Of a DNA stretch of 64,000 bases, positions 13,242 to 26,431 are shown in pieces. The notes beneath the pieces are model-generated. The model was not told the DNA's origin. It searched no databases and worked only from the letters and a program-made list of their open reading frames with translations. Source of the DNA: Octopus vulgaris (lineage: Eukaryota); the NCBI GenBank assembly GCA_951406725.2, contig OX597836.1:14632001-14696000 (forward strand). The letters run 5' to 3'. How positions within the stretch are numbered: the first letter of the stretch is position 1; every line of letters starts with the position of its first letter. The position numbers and the translations under genes were made by a program.

Positions 13242-13280
13242 AAAGCATACCGGTTTCGTAAATTTACTAATCACTGCTTT
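13242..13280 (-). ncRNA. Minimal hammerhead-like motif, G3.U8 variant, in repeat copy 13215-13304
   Basis: Minus strand: AAAGCA [GUGAUUA] GUAAAUUUAC [GAAA] CCGG [UA] UGCUUU. Confidence 0.6.
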
Positions 13281-13779
13281 GAATGCACAAAGCACTACAA
13301 ATTTGAGGAAAGGCGGACGGAAAGAAAGAATGAAAGAAGTTTAAGAGGAGAGGCAGAGTGAGCACAATGTTATAACTCTATGCGGTTATATTGCTGTTAT
13401 ACACCCTGGATGGATGAAGAAAATTTCTAAACTTGAAATTTTATTTGCTGTTGTCGTCATTGATGTTGCTGCTGCTACTGCTGCTGCTGCAGCTACTTTT
13501 TTAGTTGTTGTTGTTGTTGTTGTTTAGTCCTATGAGAAGCCCTGCTCATATTGACCTAAGACCAAACGTGATCAAGTCGTAACCATTTTAATTTTCTTTT
13601 TTTTTTAATCTTTTATTCATTCATATATTACACAGTTTCTCCTCATTCATTCTTTTTTCTTTTCTTAAATGATAAAGTGTGGCAAATAGAAAGATTTGAC
13701 TTCATTTACTTCCTCACCATTCTGATGTACTCGATTTTCGTTTTTATTTCTGCTTGTGTAAGAACACGTAGTCGTGTTC

Positions 13780-14042
13780 TGCCCTTACCTTCGAAACACG
13801 CAATGAGTTGAAACGGGGGCAGCCGAAGAAGGGGAATGTTCCTTGTGTTGTATGTCTTGTACTCTGTTTTTTCGTTGTTAAAAAAAGCCCGTTTCCTTGT
13901 TTTGTTTTTTATGTTTTCGTTTCTCGTTGTGTTCTACGTTTTCTTGTAGTGTCCTGTACCCATATATACATGTATATATACATATAGATGTAGGTATGTA
14001 CATATATGTATGTAGGTATGCATATGCTTTATTTATTAAATT
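13780..14042 (+). mobile_element. Dispersed ~260 bp repeat, probably PLE terminal type (second copy ~16800-17062, minus)
   Basis: CCTTCGAAAC...GAAGAAGGGGAAT...TGTACTCT.TTTTTTCGTTG...GTGTCCTGTACCCATATA is shared by both copies. Confidence 0.65.
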
Positions 14043-15364
14043 GTTATTCCTCAAGAATCGATACTGTTCAAGTACCTGGAAGCGACAGTATCAACTAACC
14101 CCAACTCCACTCTTAAAACTTCTGCCCTTATACTCAAAATTTTATACCATTATATTCAATAGCGTCCAATTTTTTCCATATTTTAAACTTTAAAGAAGCA
14201 AATAGTTCATATTTAAATAGATAAAAACTGTTGCTTGTTGTGCTGAAGAGTAACACAATAAGGATACTTGTAGCTCAAATCTGGGCAGCCTTGGAAAGCC
14301 CTTACATACGGGAGCACAGGATTTTCATTTGATAATGAAGAAATTGTCAGGAATGGCTTAGAAAACATAGAACCCGTCTAAATATTTTACAGTATTTGAA
14401 AGTTCGTTCCACTCAGAATTTAAGCCACTTTTTTTTCTTTTGTGTGCTTTCTTTATCGGGCGTGTTAATTTTGATTTTCATTCCTCTATAGTTGGTGAAT
14501 GTAAAGCATTAGCTTTCGACATGAATTAGTGATGTTATTGAGATGTAGACCAAAGAAAAGGGTGATAGAAGCAACCAGAACGGCGAAGAAAAAAAAAAAT
14601 TTTTCTCTAGTTTTAGCTCAGAGCTGTGACCATGCTGATGTACCGCCTTTTATTAAACATTTTGCTTTAAATATTCAACACTTTTCTTTACAATGATGAA
14701 AATATTGATAATGATGGTGATGACGACGGGTAGGATGATAAAGAGGACGATGGTGGTATATGAAAAGAGGAAATTTTCTAGAAGAGAAAGATGGCGGAGA
14801 GAAAAGAACACATTTTCTAACCAAAGGGAACAAGCACACAAACGTTTGTGAAGAGGAGTATAATGGATTAAAACGATCACATTATTTCACTGGTAATTTA
14901 TTCGATCGACCCCACCGGAAAGATAAAAGACAAAGTCGACCTCGGCGGGATTTGAACTCAGAACGTAAAGAGACGTAACTAAACACCGCAATACATTTTG
15001 TTCGTTGGTCTATTGATTTTGCCGATCCACCACCCCTCCCTGACGACAATAGCAATAAAGACGATAGAATAGAAATAGTGTTAATGATAGCGTGAAGCGA
15101 TTCATTAGAAAATGGCTGCTGACTACCGTCTGCTTTTCTTCAAATTAAGCCTCTTTTCTTCAGACCCTTAGTTATTAGGGCTTCTCTATCAAAGAAATGT
15201 TTGTCTTTGTGGGTGTGGGAAGAATAGAAGGAAGTTGTGGCTATTTGAAGGTCTGCTTTCGGAAATAACTGCTAAACCACTAGAAATTATTATCTGGTTG
15301 GTGCCGTGTGCACGTGTGTGCGAACTGTTTTGTGTAAATGTAAATGAACTTGTGAGTGTGTGTC

Positions 15365-15396
<32 letters not shown>

Positions 15397-15921
15397 TGTG
15401 TGTGCATGAGAGAGAAAGAGAGGGAGAGTGTGTTTGTTCGTGTCGTGTGTCTATGTGTGTGTATGTATGTATGTATATGTAAGCCGGTGTATAACGGAAG
15501 GATATTGCCATGTGCCGTGGCTGCGAAAGCCTTTGTATCCAAGTTTCAATGGTTATGTATGTATGTATTTAGTTCGTCGGCGTGTATGCGTTTGTGTGTC
15601 TAAACAGCGGGAGAACAGAGAATGTGAGAAAAGTGTGTGTGTACGTGAGTTTGTCACTGTGTGAATATATGGGTGTGTGAGAGAATGAATGTGTATGCAT
15701 ATGTGTGTGTGCTTGTGTCTCTGCCTGTCGGCTGGGTATCATGTACAAGGAAAAATAGATGTGCGTGTGTCTGTCCTACGTGAGCAGCAAAATAGCGCGC
15801 ACAGCTGTAAGTGCGTGCGCGTATGAGTGCACTCGTGTGTGCGTGCGTGCGTGTATGTGTGTGTGTGCGCGTGTGTGTGTGTGTGTGTGTGTGTGCGTGC
15901 GTACATATATACGTATATATT

Positions 15922-16147
15922 TATTCCTTTACTACCCACAAGGGGCTAAACACAGAGAGGACAAACAAGGACAGACAAACGGATTAAGTCGGTTACATCG
16001 ACCCCAGTGCGTAACTGGTACTTAATTCATCGACCCCGAAAGGATGAAAGGCAAAGTCGACCTCGGCGGAATTTGAACTGAGAACGTAACGGCAGACGGC
16101 TATGCATTTCGCCCGGCGTGCTAACGTTTCTGCCAGCTCGCCGCCTT
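15922..16147 (-). mobile_element. SINE family B, full length
   Basis: GGCGGCGAGCTGGCAGAAACGTTAGCACGCCGGGCG...GTTCAAATTCCGCCGAGGTCGACTTTGCCTTTCATCCTTTCGGGGTCGAT...CCCCTTGTGGGTAGTAAAG. Confidence 0.9.
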
Positions 16148-16185
16148 ATATGTACGTATATATTATATACACATATATATATATA

Positions 16186-16562
16186 GGCGTAGCAGTGGCT
16201 ATATGGTAAGTAGCTTGCTTACCAACCACATGGTTCCGGGTTCATTCCCACTGCGTGGCACCTTGAGCAAGTGTCTTCTACTATAGCCCTGGGCCGACCA
16301 AAACCTTGTGAGTGGATTTGGTAGACGGAAACTGAAAGAAGCCCGTCGTATATATATATTTTATTTTATTTGTTTCAGTCATTTGACTGTGGCCGTGCTG
16401 GAGCACCGCTTTTGATCGAACAAATCGACCCCAGGACTTATTCTTTGTAAGTCTAGTACTTATTCTATCGGTTTCTTTTTGCCGAACCGCTAAGTTACGG
16501 GGACGTAAACACACCAACATCGGTTGCCAGACGATGGTGGGGGAACAAACACAGACACAGAA
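16186..16562. mobile_element. SINE family A head (+, 16186-16350) abutting a family A tail half in opposite orientation (-, 16363-16562)
   Basis: Both halves match family A but in opposite orientations. Confidence 0.75.
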
Positions 16563-16594
16563 ACATACACACACAAATCCACTCACACACATAC

Positions 16595-16652
<58 letters not shown>

Positions 16653-16657
<5 letters not shown>

Positions 16658-17234
16658 GCGCATGCATATGTAAATACACACACACACACATAGTTCAAAT
16701 TTACAGAAAATATTTAAAAAAAAACGAAGACAAGTAAAGGAACAACAAGAAAGTGCATTAGTTTGACAGTCGGGAAGAATATATACATACATATATATAT
16801 ATAAATTAATAAATGAATAAAATATATGCATATATACATACATATATGTACGTACCTACTCTACATGTATATATACATGCATATATGGGTACAGGACACC
16901 AAAAATACGTCGAACATAATGAGAAACGAAAACATAAACACAAAACCAGGGGAATGGACATTTTTTTAAAACAACGAAAAAATAGAGTACAGGACAAACA
17001 AAACATGGAAAATTCCCCTTCTTCAGTCGCCTTAATTTCATCTACGCCACGTTTCGAAGGTCATGCATTCTTTTCCCTCTCCATTCTTTTTATTCTCATT
17101 CCATTCTGTAGAAGAGCGTAGGCTCGAAACGTCAAGGATTTTGCCATTCTTCCCGACCGACAAACTAATACACTTGCTTGTTGTTCCTTTACTTGTCTTC
17201 GTGTTTTTTTTTTACATTTTCAGTAAATTTGAAC

Positions 17235-17269
<35 letters not shown>

Positions 17270-17290
17270 TTATATATGCATGCGCATAAT
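16653..17290. repeat. Inverted repeat (arms 16653-16780 and 17146-17290) around PLE-type repeats, with a hammerhead-like motif at 17104-17135
   Basis: Arms are reverse complements (ATTATGCGCATGCATA...GTTCAAATTTAC.GAAAAT...GAAGACAAGTAAAGGAACAACAAG...GTCGGGAAGAAT). Motif: UU [CUGUAGA] A GAGC GUAG GCUC [GAAA] CG [UC] AA. Confidence 0.8.
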
Positions 17291-18117
17291 CTCAGCACTG
17301 TCATACAAATTGAAAGATTTTCCTTCCCCGCCCACCGCGAAGATTAGTGAATGCTGTTACGATTTCTTGTTCTATTAGAGATCAAGGCATGTGACTAGTT
17401 GTACGTTAGAGCTTTAGGGATGGTAAATACACACATAATAACACGCAAACACACACACGACACACACACACACATATATGTATATATATGTATATGTATA
17501 TATATATATTATATGTGTGTGTGGCCTGTGTGTTTACTTTATATTGTTTTATTGTCAATAAAACATATGTTCATACATAAACACTCTTACAGAAAAATAT
17601 TTGTATATATGTATATTTACATAGATGTATATGCATGCGTATATGTATTTGTGTTCGTGTGTCTGTGTATGTGTGCGTGTTTGGGTGAACATAAATATAT
17701 ATGTATTTATGAGTATATGAATTTATATATATATACATATATAAACAGACGAGGACAGATTGATTGAAAATGGATTTTATATGTTTACTATTGCCTCAGT
17801 TTATTTTGTATACAATTTCATGTGATTATGATGCGTGTATATATATGTGCATACCTGCAAAAACTTGTATATGTATGTGGCATGTGTGCATCAAGAAGAT
17901 TCGCCGAGCAAATTATTTTATTTGCTGGAGAAATCTGAAACCAAGGTATAATCGTAAAAAAATAACAAGGCAAAAGTTTTTAGCTTTCATTCTTTTCGAA
18001 AATTGCTCTTAAATGTGGTTTTGGTCGTTTTGACTGCTTCTTCTAGCGTGTGAAATTACCTGTTAAAGGTAGTTTTCTCCTGTGTTTAAATGCACACTAT
18101 TTCATATTGAGAATATG

Positions 18118-18165
<48 letters not shown>

Positions 18166-18171
<6 letters not shown>

Positions 18172-18428
18172 AATATAAGAGAGTGGTCACTATATGGCTC
18201 ACTCTAGCACCAGTTAATCCAAAAGGTTTCAACCACAAAAATACATGTTTCCCATGAAAGTCAGTACGATTGTTAGCTCACACGGACAGGGCAAATAAAA
18301 AATCCCTGTCCGTGTGAGCTAACAATCGTACTGACTTTCATGGGAAACATGTATTTTTGTGGTTGAAACCTTTGGATTAACTGGTGCTAGAGTGAGCCAT
18401 ATAGTGACCACTCTCTTATATTTATTTT
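18166..18428. repeat. Near-perfect ~125 bp-arm inverted repeat with 12-nt spacer
   Basis: 18166-18291 is the reverse complement of 18304-18428. Spacer CAAATAAAAAAT. The unit is embedded between (TA)n arrays. Confidence 0.95.
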
Positions 18429-18549
18429 GTAAAAATATTATAATATATTATAAAATATTATAATAATCCAGGTTTCTCGGAGCACTAGGCCACTTGGTGT
18501 TGAATAGATATACTATTAAATTAGTATCTAATTCTCTCACCCTTATTAA

Positions 18550-18580
<31 letters not shown>

Positions 18581-18896
18581 CAAAATGAAAGCTCCCGTCG
18601 AAGAGGACATAGAAGCATTCAGCCGGATGATCTGCGCAAATGGTTTGTTTACAGTGATCAAATTTTCAAATGTTCGTGCTGCACATTAGTTCACTCTCTC
18701 CATGAAACCGACGTTGTCTGAACAGTTTCACGGTGTGCCACACTCTCTCACACACACACACACACACACACATACACAATCAAAAAAATACATAGTTAAA
18801 CCAAACATGAAAACACAAAGAGAAAACACAACAACGCGAGGACGTGGAACAAGTATAGTGTTATTGGACGCTCAGGAAAGGAAAGAAAGAAGGAGG

Positions 18897-18931
18897 ATTT
18901 AACGTTTCGAGCGGAGCTCTTCGTCAGAAAC
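18897..18931 (-). ncRNA. Minimal type I hammerhead-like motif with canonical CUGACGA/GAAA core, inside element 18792-19001
   Basis: Minus strand: GUUU [CUGACGA] A GAGC UCC GCUC [GAAA] CG [UU] AAAU, with palindromic ACGU stem III. Confidence 0.7.
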
Positions 18932-19534
18932 ATAGGAAAAGGAAAGATCCAAGGAAGGAAAGACGGAGGAAAAAAATCACCAACGATACACACGCGATCA
19001 CATATTATATATATATATATATATATATGATAGGCTTCTTTCGATTTCCGTCTACGAAAGCCATTCAGAAAGCTTTGGTCGGCCGGCCGCTAGAGTAGAA
19101 GACACTTGCCGAAGGTGTCACGCGGTGGGACTGAACCTATGTGGTTGAGAAGCAAAGTTCTTGCCACACAGCCTCCCCCACTCTGCACTGCTCAAGAGCT
19201 TCCTGAATGTGTTCCACCCACCACGACCACCACCTCTGGGCATAGTCAGTCCCCCACGTGATCTCCTGTTTGGTGTGATTTGAGACGGTCACTATCTCGG
19301 AGCGGAGTTTATGTTTTATGTTTTATGTTTTATGTTTTACTTGTTTCAGTCATTAGACTGTGGCCATGCTGGGGCACTGCCTTAATGCTGTTTTAAAAAA
19401 AAAAAGAAGAAGAGAACGTTGGATTTAAACAATTGGTAAAACGTCCGGAAAATGATGAAGAAGGGTAGAAGGAAGAGAAGGTGGTGGACGGCGACGACAA
19501 CAACGATGATGACGCGACGATGGTGGTGGCGGTG

Positions 19535-19540
19535 GTGAAG

Positions 19541-19597
<57 letters not shown>

Positions 19598-19634
19598 GTG
19601 ATGGTGATGATGATAGTGCTGGTTGTGAAGATGT

Positions 19635-19665
<31 letters not shown>

Positions 19666-19669
19666 GATG

Positions 19670-19711
<42 letters not shown>

Positions 19712-19774
19712 ATGATGATGATGATGATGATGATGATGGTGATGATGGTGATGATGGTGATGATGATGATGATG

Positions 19775-19818
<44 letters not shown>

Positions 19819-19828
19819 GAGGATGTTG

Positions 19829-19887
<59 letters not shown>

Positions 19888-19897
19888 GAGGATGTTG

Positions 19898-19978
<81 letters not shown>

Positions 19979-20050
19979 ACGACGACGACGACGACGACAA
20001 CGGCATCGACGACAACGACAATGATGACGGCGATGACGACGACGATGATG
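19535..20050. repeat. Long (GAT)n/(GGT)n/(GAC)n trinucleotide array
   Basis: Directly visible. Similar arrays at 20520-20840, 28690-29130, 45700-46070, 55980-56590, 56950-57440, 57850-58470 and 62170-62380. Confidence 0.95.
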
Positions 20051-20656
20051 GCGCTGACACCATTGGTGGAGTTGAGTGTCCGGTGAGAGAGTGAATGACA
20101 GCTGAATGACAGCAGTGGAGTGTAGTCATCTGAACCTGGCTTACATTTTGAAAAGAAGTCTCTCCATGAATTTAAATGTCTGCACAGAAGAATGCTGGAA
20201 CTCTTTCGGTTGGGGTTTTTCTTGTGGGGTGGACATTAAGATTTGAAACTGGGATAATCTTACTAAGCTTCTAGCTTTGCGATTTCGTCATTTTTGGGTT
20301 TTTTTTAAATATTTTATATTTTACTTTAAGGATTTTCTCAATGATCCCTTCAACCCTAAACTTAACCCTAAGGTTGACCCCTTAGGCTATCCATGACCTT
20401 AACCCTAAACATGACTCTAACCTTGAACTATACTGGAAATGATGTAATGTTTGTGTTGGGGCTAGTGATGGAGGGTGATAATGGGGTTTGTGATGACATG
20501 GCGTTGGCGAAGACGATGGCGGGGATGATGATGATGATGATGGCGACAAGTAGTGGTGGTGGTGGTGGTGGTGGTAGTAGTGGTGGTAGTATTGGTGGTG
20601 GAATGGTGGTGGTGGTGGTGGTGGAGACGGTGGCGGCAGCAGCAGTAGTAGTAGTG

Positions 20657-20712
<56 letters not shown>

Positions 20713-20753
20713 GGTGGTGGTGGTGGTGGTTGTGGTGGCGGTGGTGGTGGTAA

Positions 20754-20787
<34 letters not shown>

Positions 20788-20791
20788 GGTG

Positions 20792-20833
<42 letters not shown>

Positions 20834-21038
20834 ATAGTAATGGTTCAGTACTGCCTGCGATTGATATGATGGTTAGGAAAGGCCTCCATGTTGGCAGGGC
20901 TCTGTAATTCTGCGTGGGTGCATATTATATGGGATACGTGCCAATATGAAAAATGCTGAAGAGCTGTAATTGTATGTGTGTGAGGATAAGAATCTGTACT
21001 TATGTCAATAGATCTGTATGTAGAGATGTATATATATC

Positions 21039-21078
<40 letters not shown>

Positions 21079-21092
21079 AGTGTGTGTGTGTA

Positions 21093-21815
21093 TAGGCGGA
21101 GGTAAGAAGCTTGCTTACCAACAACATGGTTCCGGGTTCAGTCCCACTGCGTGGTACCTTGAGCAAGTGACTTCTACTATAGCCTCGGGCCGATCAAAGC
21201 CTTGTGAGTGGATTTGGCAGACGGAAACTGAAAGAAGCCCATCGTATTATATATATGTTATATACGTATATATGAGTGTGTGTGTGTGAAGACTCGTTGC
21301 TTAGTGAGGTCTGAGTATACAGCTCAGGATCGTAAAGTCGTGAGTTCAATTCTCGGCGACGTGCAAGACACTTTACTTCACGTGGCTTCAGTCCACACAG
21401 CTGGCAAAAATGTGTTGTACCTGTATTTCAAAGGGCCAGCCTTGTCACACTCTGTGTGACGCTGAATCTCCTCGATACCTACGTTAAGGGTACACGTGTC
21501 TGTGGAGTGCTCAATCACTTGCACGTTAATTTTACGAGCAAGCTGTTCGGTTGATCGTAACAGCTGGGACCCTCGTCGTCGTAACCGATGGAGTGCTCTT
21601 GTGTATGTATATGTTTGTGTGTCTGTGTTTGTCCCCCACATCGCTTGACATTGATGTTGGGCGTGTTTACGTCCCCGGAAGCCAGCGGTTCGGCAAAAGA
21701 TTTCGATAAAATAAGTGCTAGGCTTACAAAGAATAAGTCCTAGGGTCGATTTGTTTGACTAAAGGCAATGCTCCAGCATGGCCGCAGTCAAATGACTGAA
21801 ACAAATAAAAAAAAA
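21093..21815 (+). mobile_element. SINE family A interrupted at its central microsatellite by another SINE
   Basis: Head at 21093-21246, tail at 21600-21815. Confidence 0.8.
21287..21598 (+). mobile_element. tRNA-derived SINE, head D + tail 2 (nested in family A)
   Basis: Head matches the 35711 copy (GCAAGACACTT.A.TTCACGT.GCT.CAGTC.AC.CA.CTGGC.AAAATG). Tail matches the 48084 copy (TGTACCTGTATTTCAAAGGGCC...CCCTCGTCGTCGTAACCGA). Confidence 0.8.
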
Positions 21816-21973
21816 TGAAGCTATATGTGTGTGTGTGTGTGACAGACAGAGAGATGTGTATGAGTGAGTGCGTGTGTAAATATGTGCACACACGCATACA
21901 TAGACATATATATACGCTGAATACAAACACACACACATATGTATGTATATATCTATCTTTATATATATATATG

Positions 21974-22013
<40 letters not shown>

Positions 22014-22015
22014 TT

Positions 22016-22124
<109 letters not shown>

Positions 22125-22152
22125 ATATATATATATAACATATATATACATA

Positions 22153-22230
<78 letters not shown>

Positions 22231-22737
22231 TATATTCATATGAATACATGTATATACGTATATGAACATGTATAGATGTATATGTATACATGTATACCAA
22301 ATATGCATTTATGATTATATATTTGTTTTTTGTTTGTTTGTGTGTGTGCGTGTGTGCCTGCGAGTGTGTTTGAAAGAGATGTACGTATGCACGCGTATAT
22401 ATGGCCGCAACAGTCCCACCACTACCACCACCACCACCACCACCACCACCACCACAGCAACAACAACAACACCATCAAGAGCAACAGCAAAAAAATCACG
22501 CTCTGGACAGTAGAATGTCGGTTTGGTCATTTCTTGGGATGCGTGAGGTCCTTTTAAAATTCCTCAAAGGTCTCTTCAGGCATTAATATGTCGTCTATAC
22601 GTGCTGTGACACCACCCAATATGGCAATAAGGAAGTAGAGAAATATCTCCATTATCATTATTATTATTGTTATTGTTGTTGTTGTTATTATTTTCATCAC
22701 CATCATCATCACCATCACCATCATCATCACCACCGCT

Positions 22738-22768
<31 letters not shown>

Positions 22769-22812
22769 ACACCATCACCACCATCACCACCACCACCATC
22801 ATCACCATCATT

Positions 22813-22855
<43 letters not shown>

Positions 22856-22877
22856 CCATCATCATCATCATTATTAT

Positions 22878-23685
22878 TGAGTGAGAGAGCAGCACATGCC
22901 ATCAAAGTGACTCTAATATGCAAATATGCGAAGCCCAGTATTCCCCATCATGACTACCCGTCTGATAAGGGTACACCAGGCACATGCATCACAACAACCA
23001 TATCTGCACGACATGGTGATCTCATATCAAGAAAAACAGCGCATGACCTTGCAGGTGTGGCCCAGTTAGAATTTTCTTCAGATCGAGTAACCCATCTCGC
23101 TCAAAAGGTCCCTGAATGAGGGTTTTTAAGAGTGATGTGACGCAACCAATATGTTTCCAGAGGCGAATTACTCAAACCCCAAAGATTTCCTCTCAACACA
23201 TGGCTATGATGCTCCCCCACTACTTCTGCTCGTGATCAGAGATGCACATACCATTAGCCACTAAGGGACATGCTCAACTGGTTAAGGTCAAACAACTGAC
23301 AAGCAAATCTGTGGTATTGAGCAGAAAAAGGCGGCGAGCTGGCAGAAACGTTAGCACGCCGGGCGAAATGCTTAGCGGTATTTCGTCTGCCGTTACGTTG
23401 TGAGTTCAAATTCCGCCGAGGTCGACTTTGCCTTTCATCCTTTCGGGGTCGATAAATTAAGTACCAGTTACGCACTGGGGTTGATGTATTCGACTTAATA
23501 CCTATGTCTGTCCTTGTTTGACCCTCTGTGTTTAGCCCCTTGTGGGTAATAAAGAAATAGGTATTGAGCAGAATATTTGCTGTAGCCCATCTTTTATACC
23601 AAGACAAAACAATGTACATGATAACACTTCCAATCAGTTAAGATCAGAAGCCATGAGAGCCAGTGCCTCGCACTGCATCAGGGCA

Positions 23686-23688
<3 letters not shown>
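22878..23688 (-). mobile_element. ~570 bp non-coding dispersed element flanked by (AAT)n-type arrays, interrupted by a family B SINE
   Basis: Homologous to 30465-31330. Both ends abut ATT/ATC trinucleotide arrays. Orientation is inferred from the putative (AAT)n tail. Confidence 0.75.
23327..23559 (+). mobile_element. SINE family B with 14-bp TSD
   Basis: TSD GGTATTGAGCAGAA at 23313-23326 and 23560-23573. The empty site is seen in the paralogous element near 31270. Confidence 0.92.
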
Positions 23689-23766
<78 letters not shown>

Positions 23767-23807
23767 CATCATCATCATCATCATCATCAACATCATCATC
23801 ATCATCA

Positions 23808-23872
<65 letters not shown>

Positions 23873-24384
23873 GACGTCGCACAGTATACAATATCGTGAG
23901 GTTGTTGATTGAAGATATAGTGCCAGCGTAAAAGTTAATCTACAACCAGTCTGGAGCATTTCATACGTTTCAGCAGCGTTTTTTGCCCAATTTAACGCAA
24001 AGACATTATTTGCAAAACAGTCGACCAAAGACGGAAAACGCCAACTAGCTAGGTTGTTATTTGAGGGACATTCGATTGCTACTTCTAGCAAATCGAAAGA
24101 CTACATAATAGTTCTATTCATGGTTTGTTGTTGTTGTTGTTATTGCACTTGTTGCTGCTGCTGCTGCTACTGTTGTTGTTGTTGTTGCCGTTGCTACTGT
24201 CATCTTGAGACATTTCATGCCAACAGATGTACGTGCCGTTCGCTGGAACTCTCGCCACGATCTGCACTTATCCGACCTTACAAAGCATCCACCACCACCA
24301 CCACCCCCGCCAACGACGCTACAACCACCACTGACCATGTCCACGAACACCACCACCACCACCACCACCGCCACCATCACCGCC

Positions 24385-24945
24385 CCCACTAGTCCACCGT
24401 CAACACCACCACTATCGCCATCACCACCACCACCACCACCACCATCACCGCCCCCACTAGTTCCCCATCACTACCACCGTCAACACCACCACTATCGCCA
24501 TCACCACCACCACCACCACCATCACCGCCACCACTAGTTCACCATCACTACCACCGTCAACACTACCACTATCGCCATCACCACCACCACCACCACCACC
24601 GCCACCATCACCGCCACCACTAGTTCACCATCACCACCATCACCGCCCCCACTAGTTCACCGTCACTACCACCGTCAACACCACCACTATCGCCATCACC
24701 ACCACCACCACCACCACCATCACCGCCACCACTAGTTCACCATCACTACCACCGTCAACACCACCACTATCGCCATCACCACCACCACCACCACCACCAT
24801 CACCGCCCCCACTGGTTCACCATCACTACCACCGTCAACACCACCACTATCGCCATCTCCACCACCACCACCACCATCACCGCCACCACTAGTTCACCAT
24901 CGCTACCACCGTCAACACCACCACCACTATCGCCATCACCACCTC
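24385..24945. repeat. Higher-order minisatellite (~55-80 bp units) built from (CAC)n
   Basis: The unit CACTAGTTCACCATCACTACCACCGTCAACACCACCACTATCGCCATCACCACC... recurs about 7-8 times. Confidence 0.85.
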
Positions 24946-25242
24946 CACCACCACCTACATCAGCAATAACACCATCGCCTCCACCACCACCGCATTTATC
25001 CCTACACGTCACCGCCATCAACTCCATCACCATTGCTACGAATACCATTTCCACAACTAGGCGAAAGGGAATAACAACATCGTATAATCTCCTGCTTTCT
25101 CTCTCTCTTTCCCCCTCTCTCTTTCTCTCTCTCTCTCTCTGTCTCTCTCTCTCTTCTGTCTCTCTTCTGTATTACTGTCACTCTCTTTTTCTCTCTGAAT
25201 AAATACATACATACATTCATACACGCACATAGATGGATACAT

Positions 25243-25302
<60 letters not shown>

Positions 25303-25343
25303 ATGTATGTATATATATGTATGTATGCATGTATATATATATA

Positions 25344-25427
<84 letters not shown>

Positions 25428-25875
25428 GTGCCAACAGATGGCAGCACGCGGTTGCGCGCGCATTGAGAGTTTTGGAATCCGTTGTCCAAATCAAGAGCGA
25501 ATCGCAAGTCCTCAACTCGCTTACGGAAAACGACTCCCAGGCCGGATTCCAAAAGTAGCAGGAACACTGGAACCGGTGTATTGTTGCGCAAAGTGACTAT
25601 TTCGAAGGAAGTGATGCTAAAACTTAGATAAATAAGTTATTTATTAAACGTAACTAATCCGGGAACTTTTTGATACCAGATGTCCGATGTAGTCGCAGAT
25701 GTCCGATGTAGCCGGTAGTCAATTTGTTTAGGGAAGAAAGGAGAATCGGGGCTAGCTTAGTTGTAGTAGTAGTAGAGATATATGCCATACTAGGAAACAA
25801 AAGATCTAAGAGTTACAATTTGAAACAAAGATGAAAAATTAATATCATAAATACGAAAAATAAACATGATAAAGA

Positions 25876-26282
25876 GGCGCAGGAATTGCTGTGTGGTAAG
25901 TAGCTTGCTAACCAACCACATGGTTCCGGGTTCAGTCCTACTGCGTGGCATCTTGGGCAAGTGTCTTCTGCTATAGCCCCGGGCCGACCAATGCCTTGTG
26001 AGTGGATTTGGTAGACGGAAATTGAAAGAAGCCTGTCGTATATATGTATATATATATGCATGTGTTTGTGTGTCTGTGTTTGTCCCCCTAGCATTGCTTG
26101 ACAACCGATGCTGGTGTGTCTATGTCCCCGTCACTTAGCGGTTCGGCAAAAGAGACCGATAGAATAAGTACTGGGCTTACAAAGAATAAGTCCCGGGGTC
26201 GATTTGCTCGACTAAAGGCGGTGCTCCAGCATGGCCGCAGTCAAATGACTGAAACAAGTAAAAGAGTAAAAGATTAAAGAGA
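25876..26282 (+). mobile_element. SINE family A, full length
   Basis: Complete head, short internal microsatellite, and tail ending (GTAAAAGA)n. Confidence 0.92.
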
Positions 26283-26431
26283 GTAAACAAAAAAAAATGA
26301 TTATGAAAATAAAGTTAAAATATAAAATTAAGGTTTGAGTATCCGTTGTGCTAATGAAGATGTATTCTCATTAAGAATCAAGGGATTAAATAAAATAAGA
26401 CGGTAAGTCCAGCGTTAATCGATGGTAAATA

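Noticed and set aside
17018-17062. Possible permuted (type II) hammerhead, CCTTCGAAAC...CTGAAGAAGG on the minus strand (also 13788-13835)
   Set aside because: Stem I and the core cannot both be satisfied in either copy. A family consensus is needed.
20350-20430. Telomere-like TAACCC motifs
   Set aside because: Too degenerate and short to be a true interstitial telomere.
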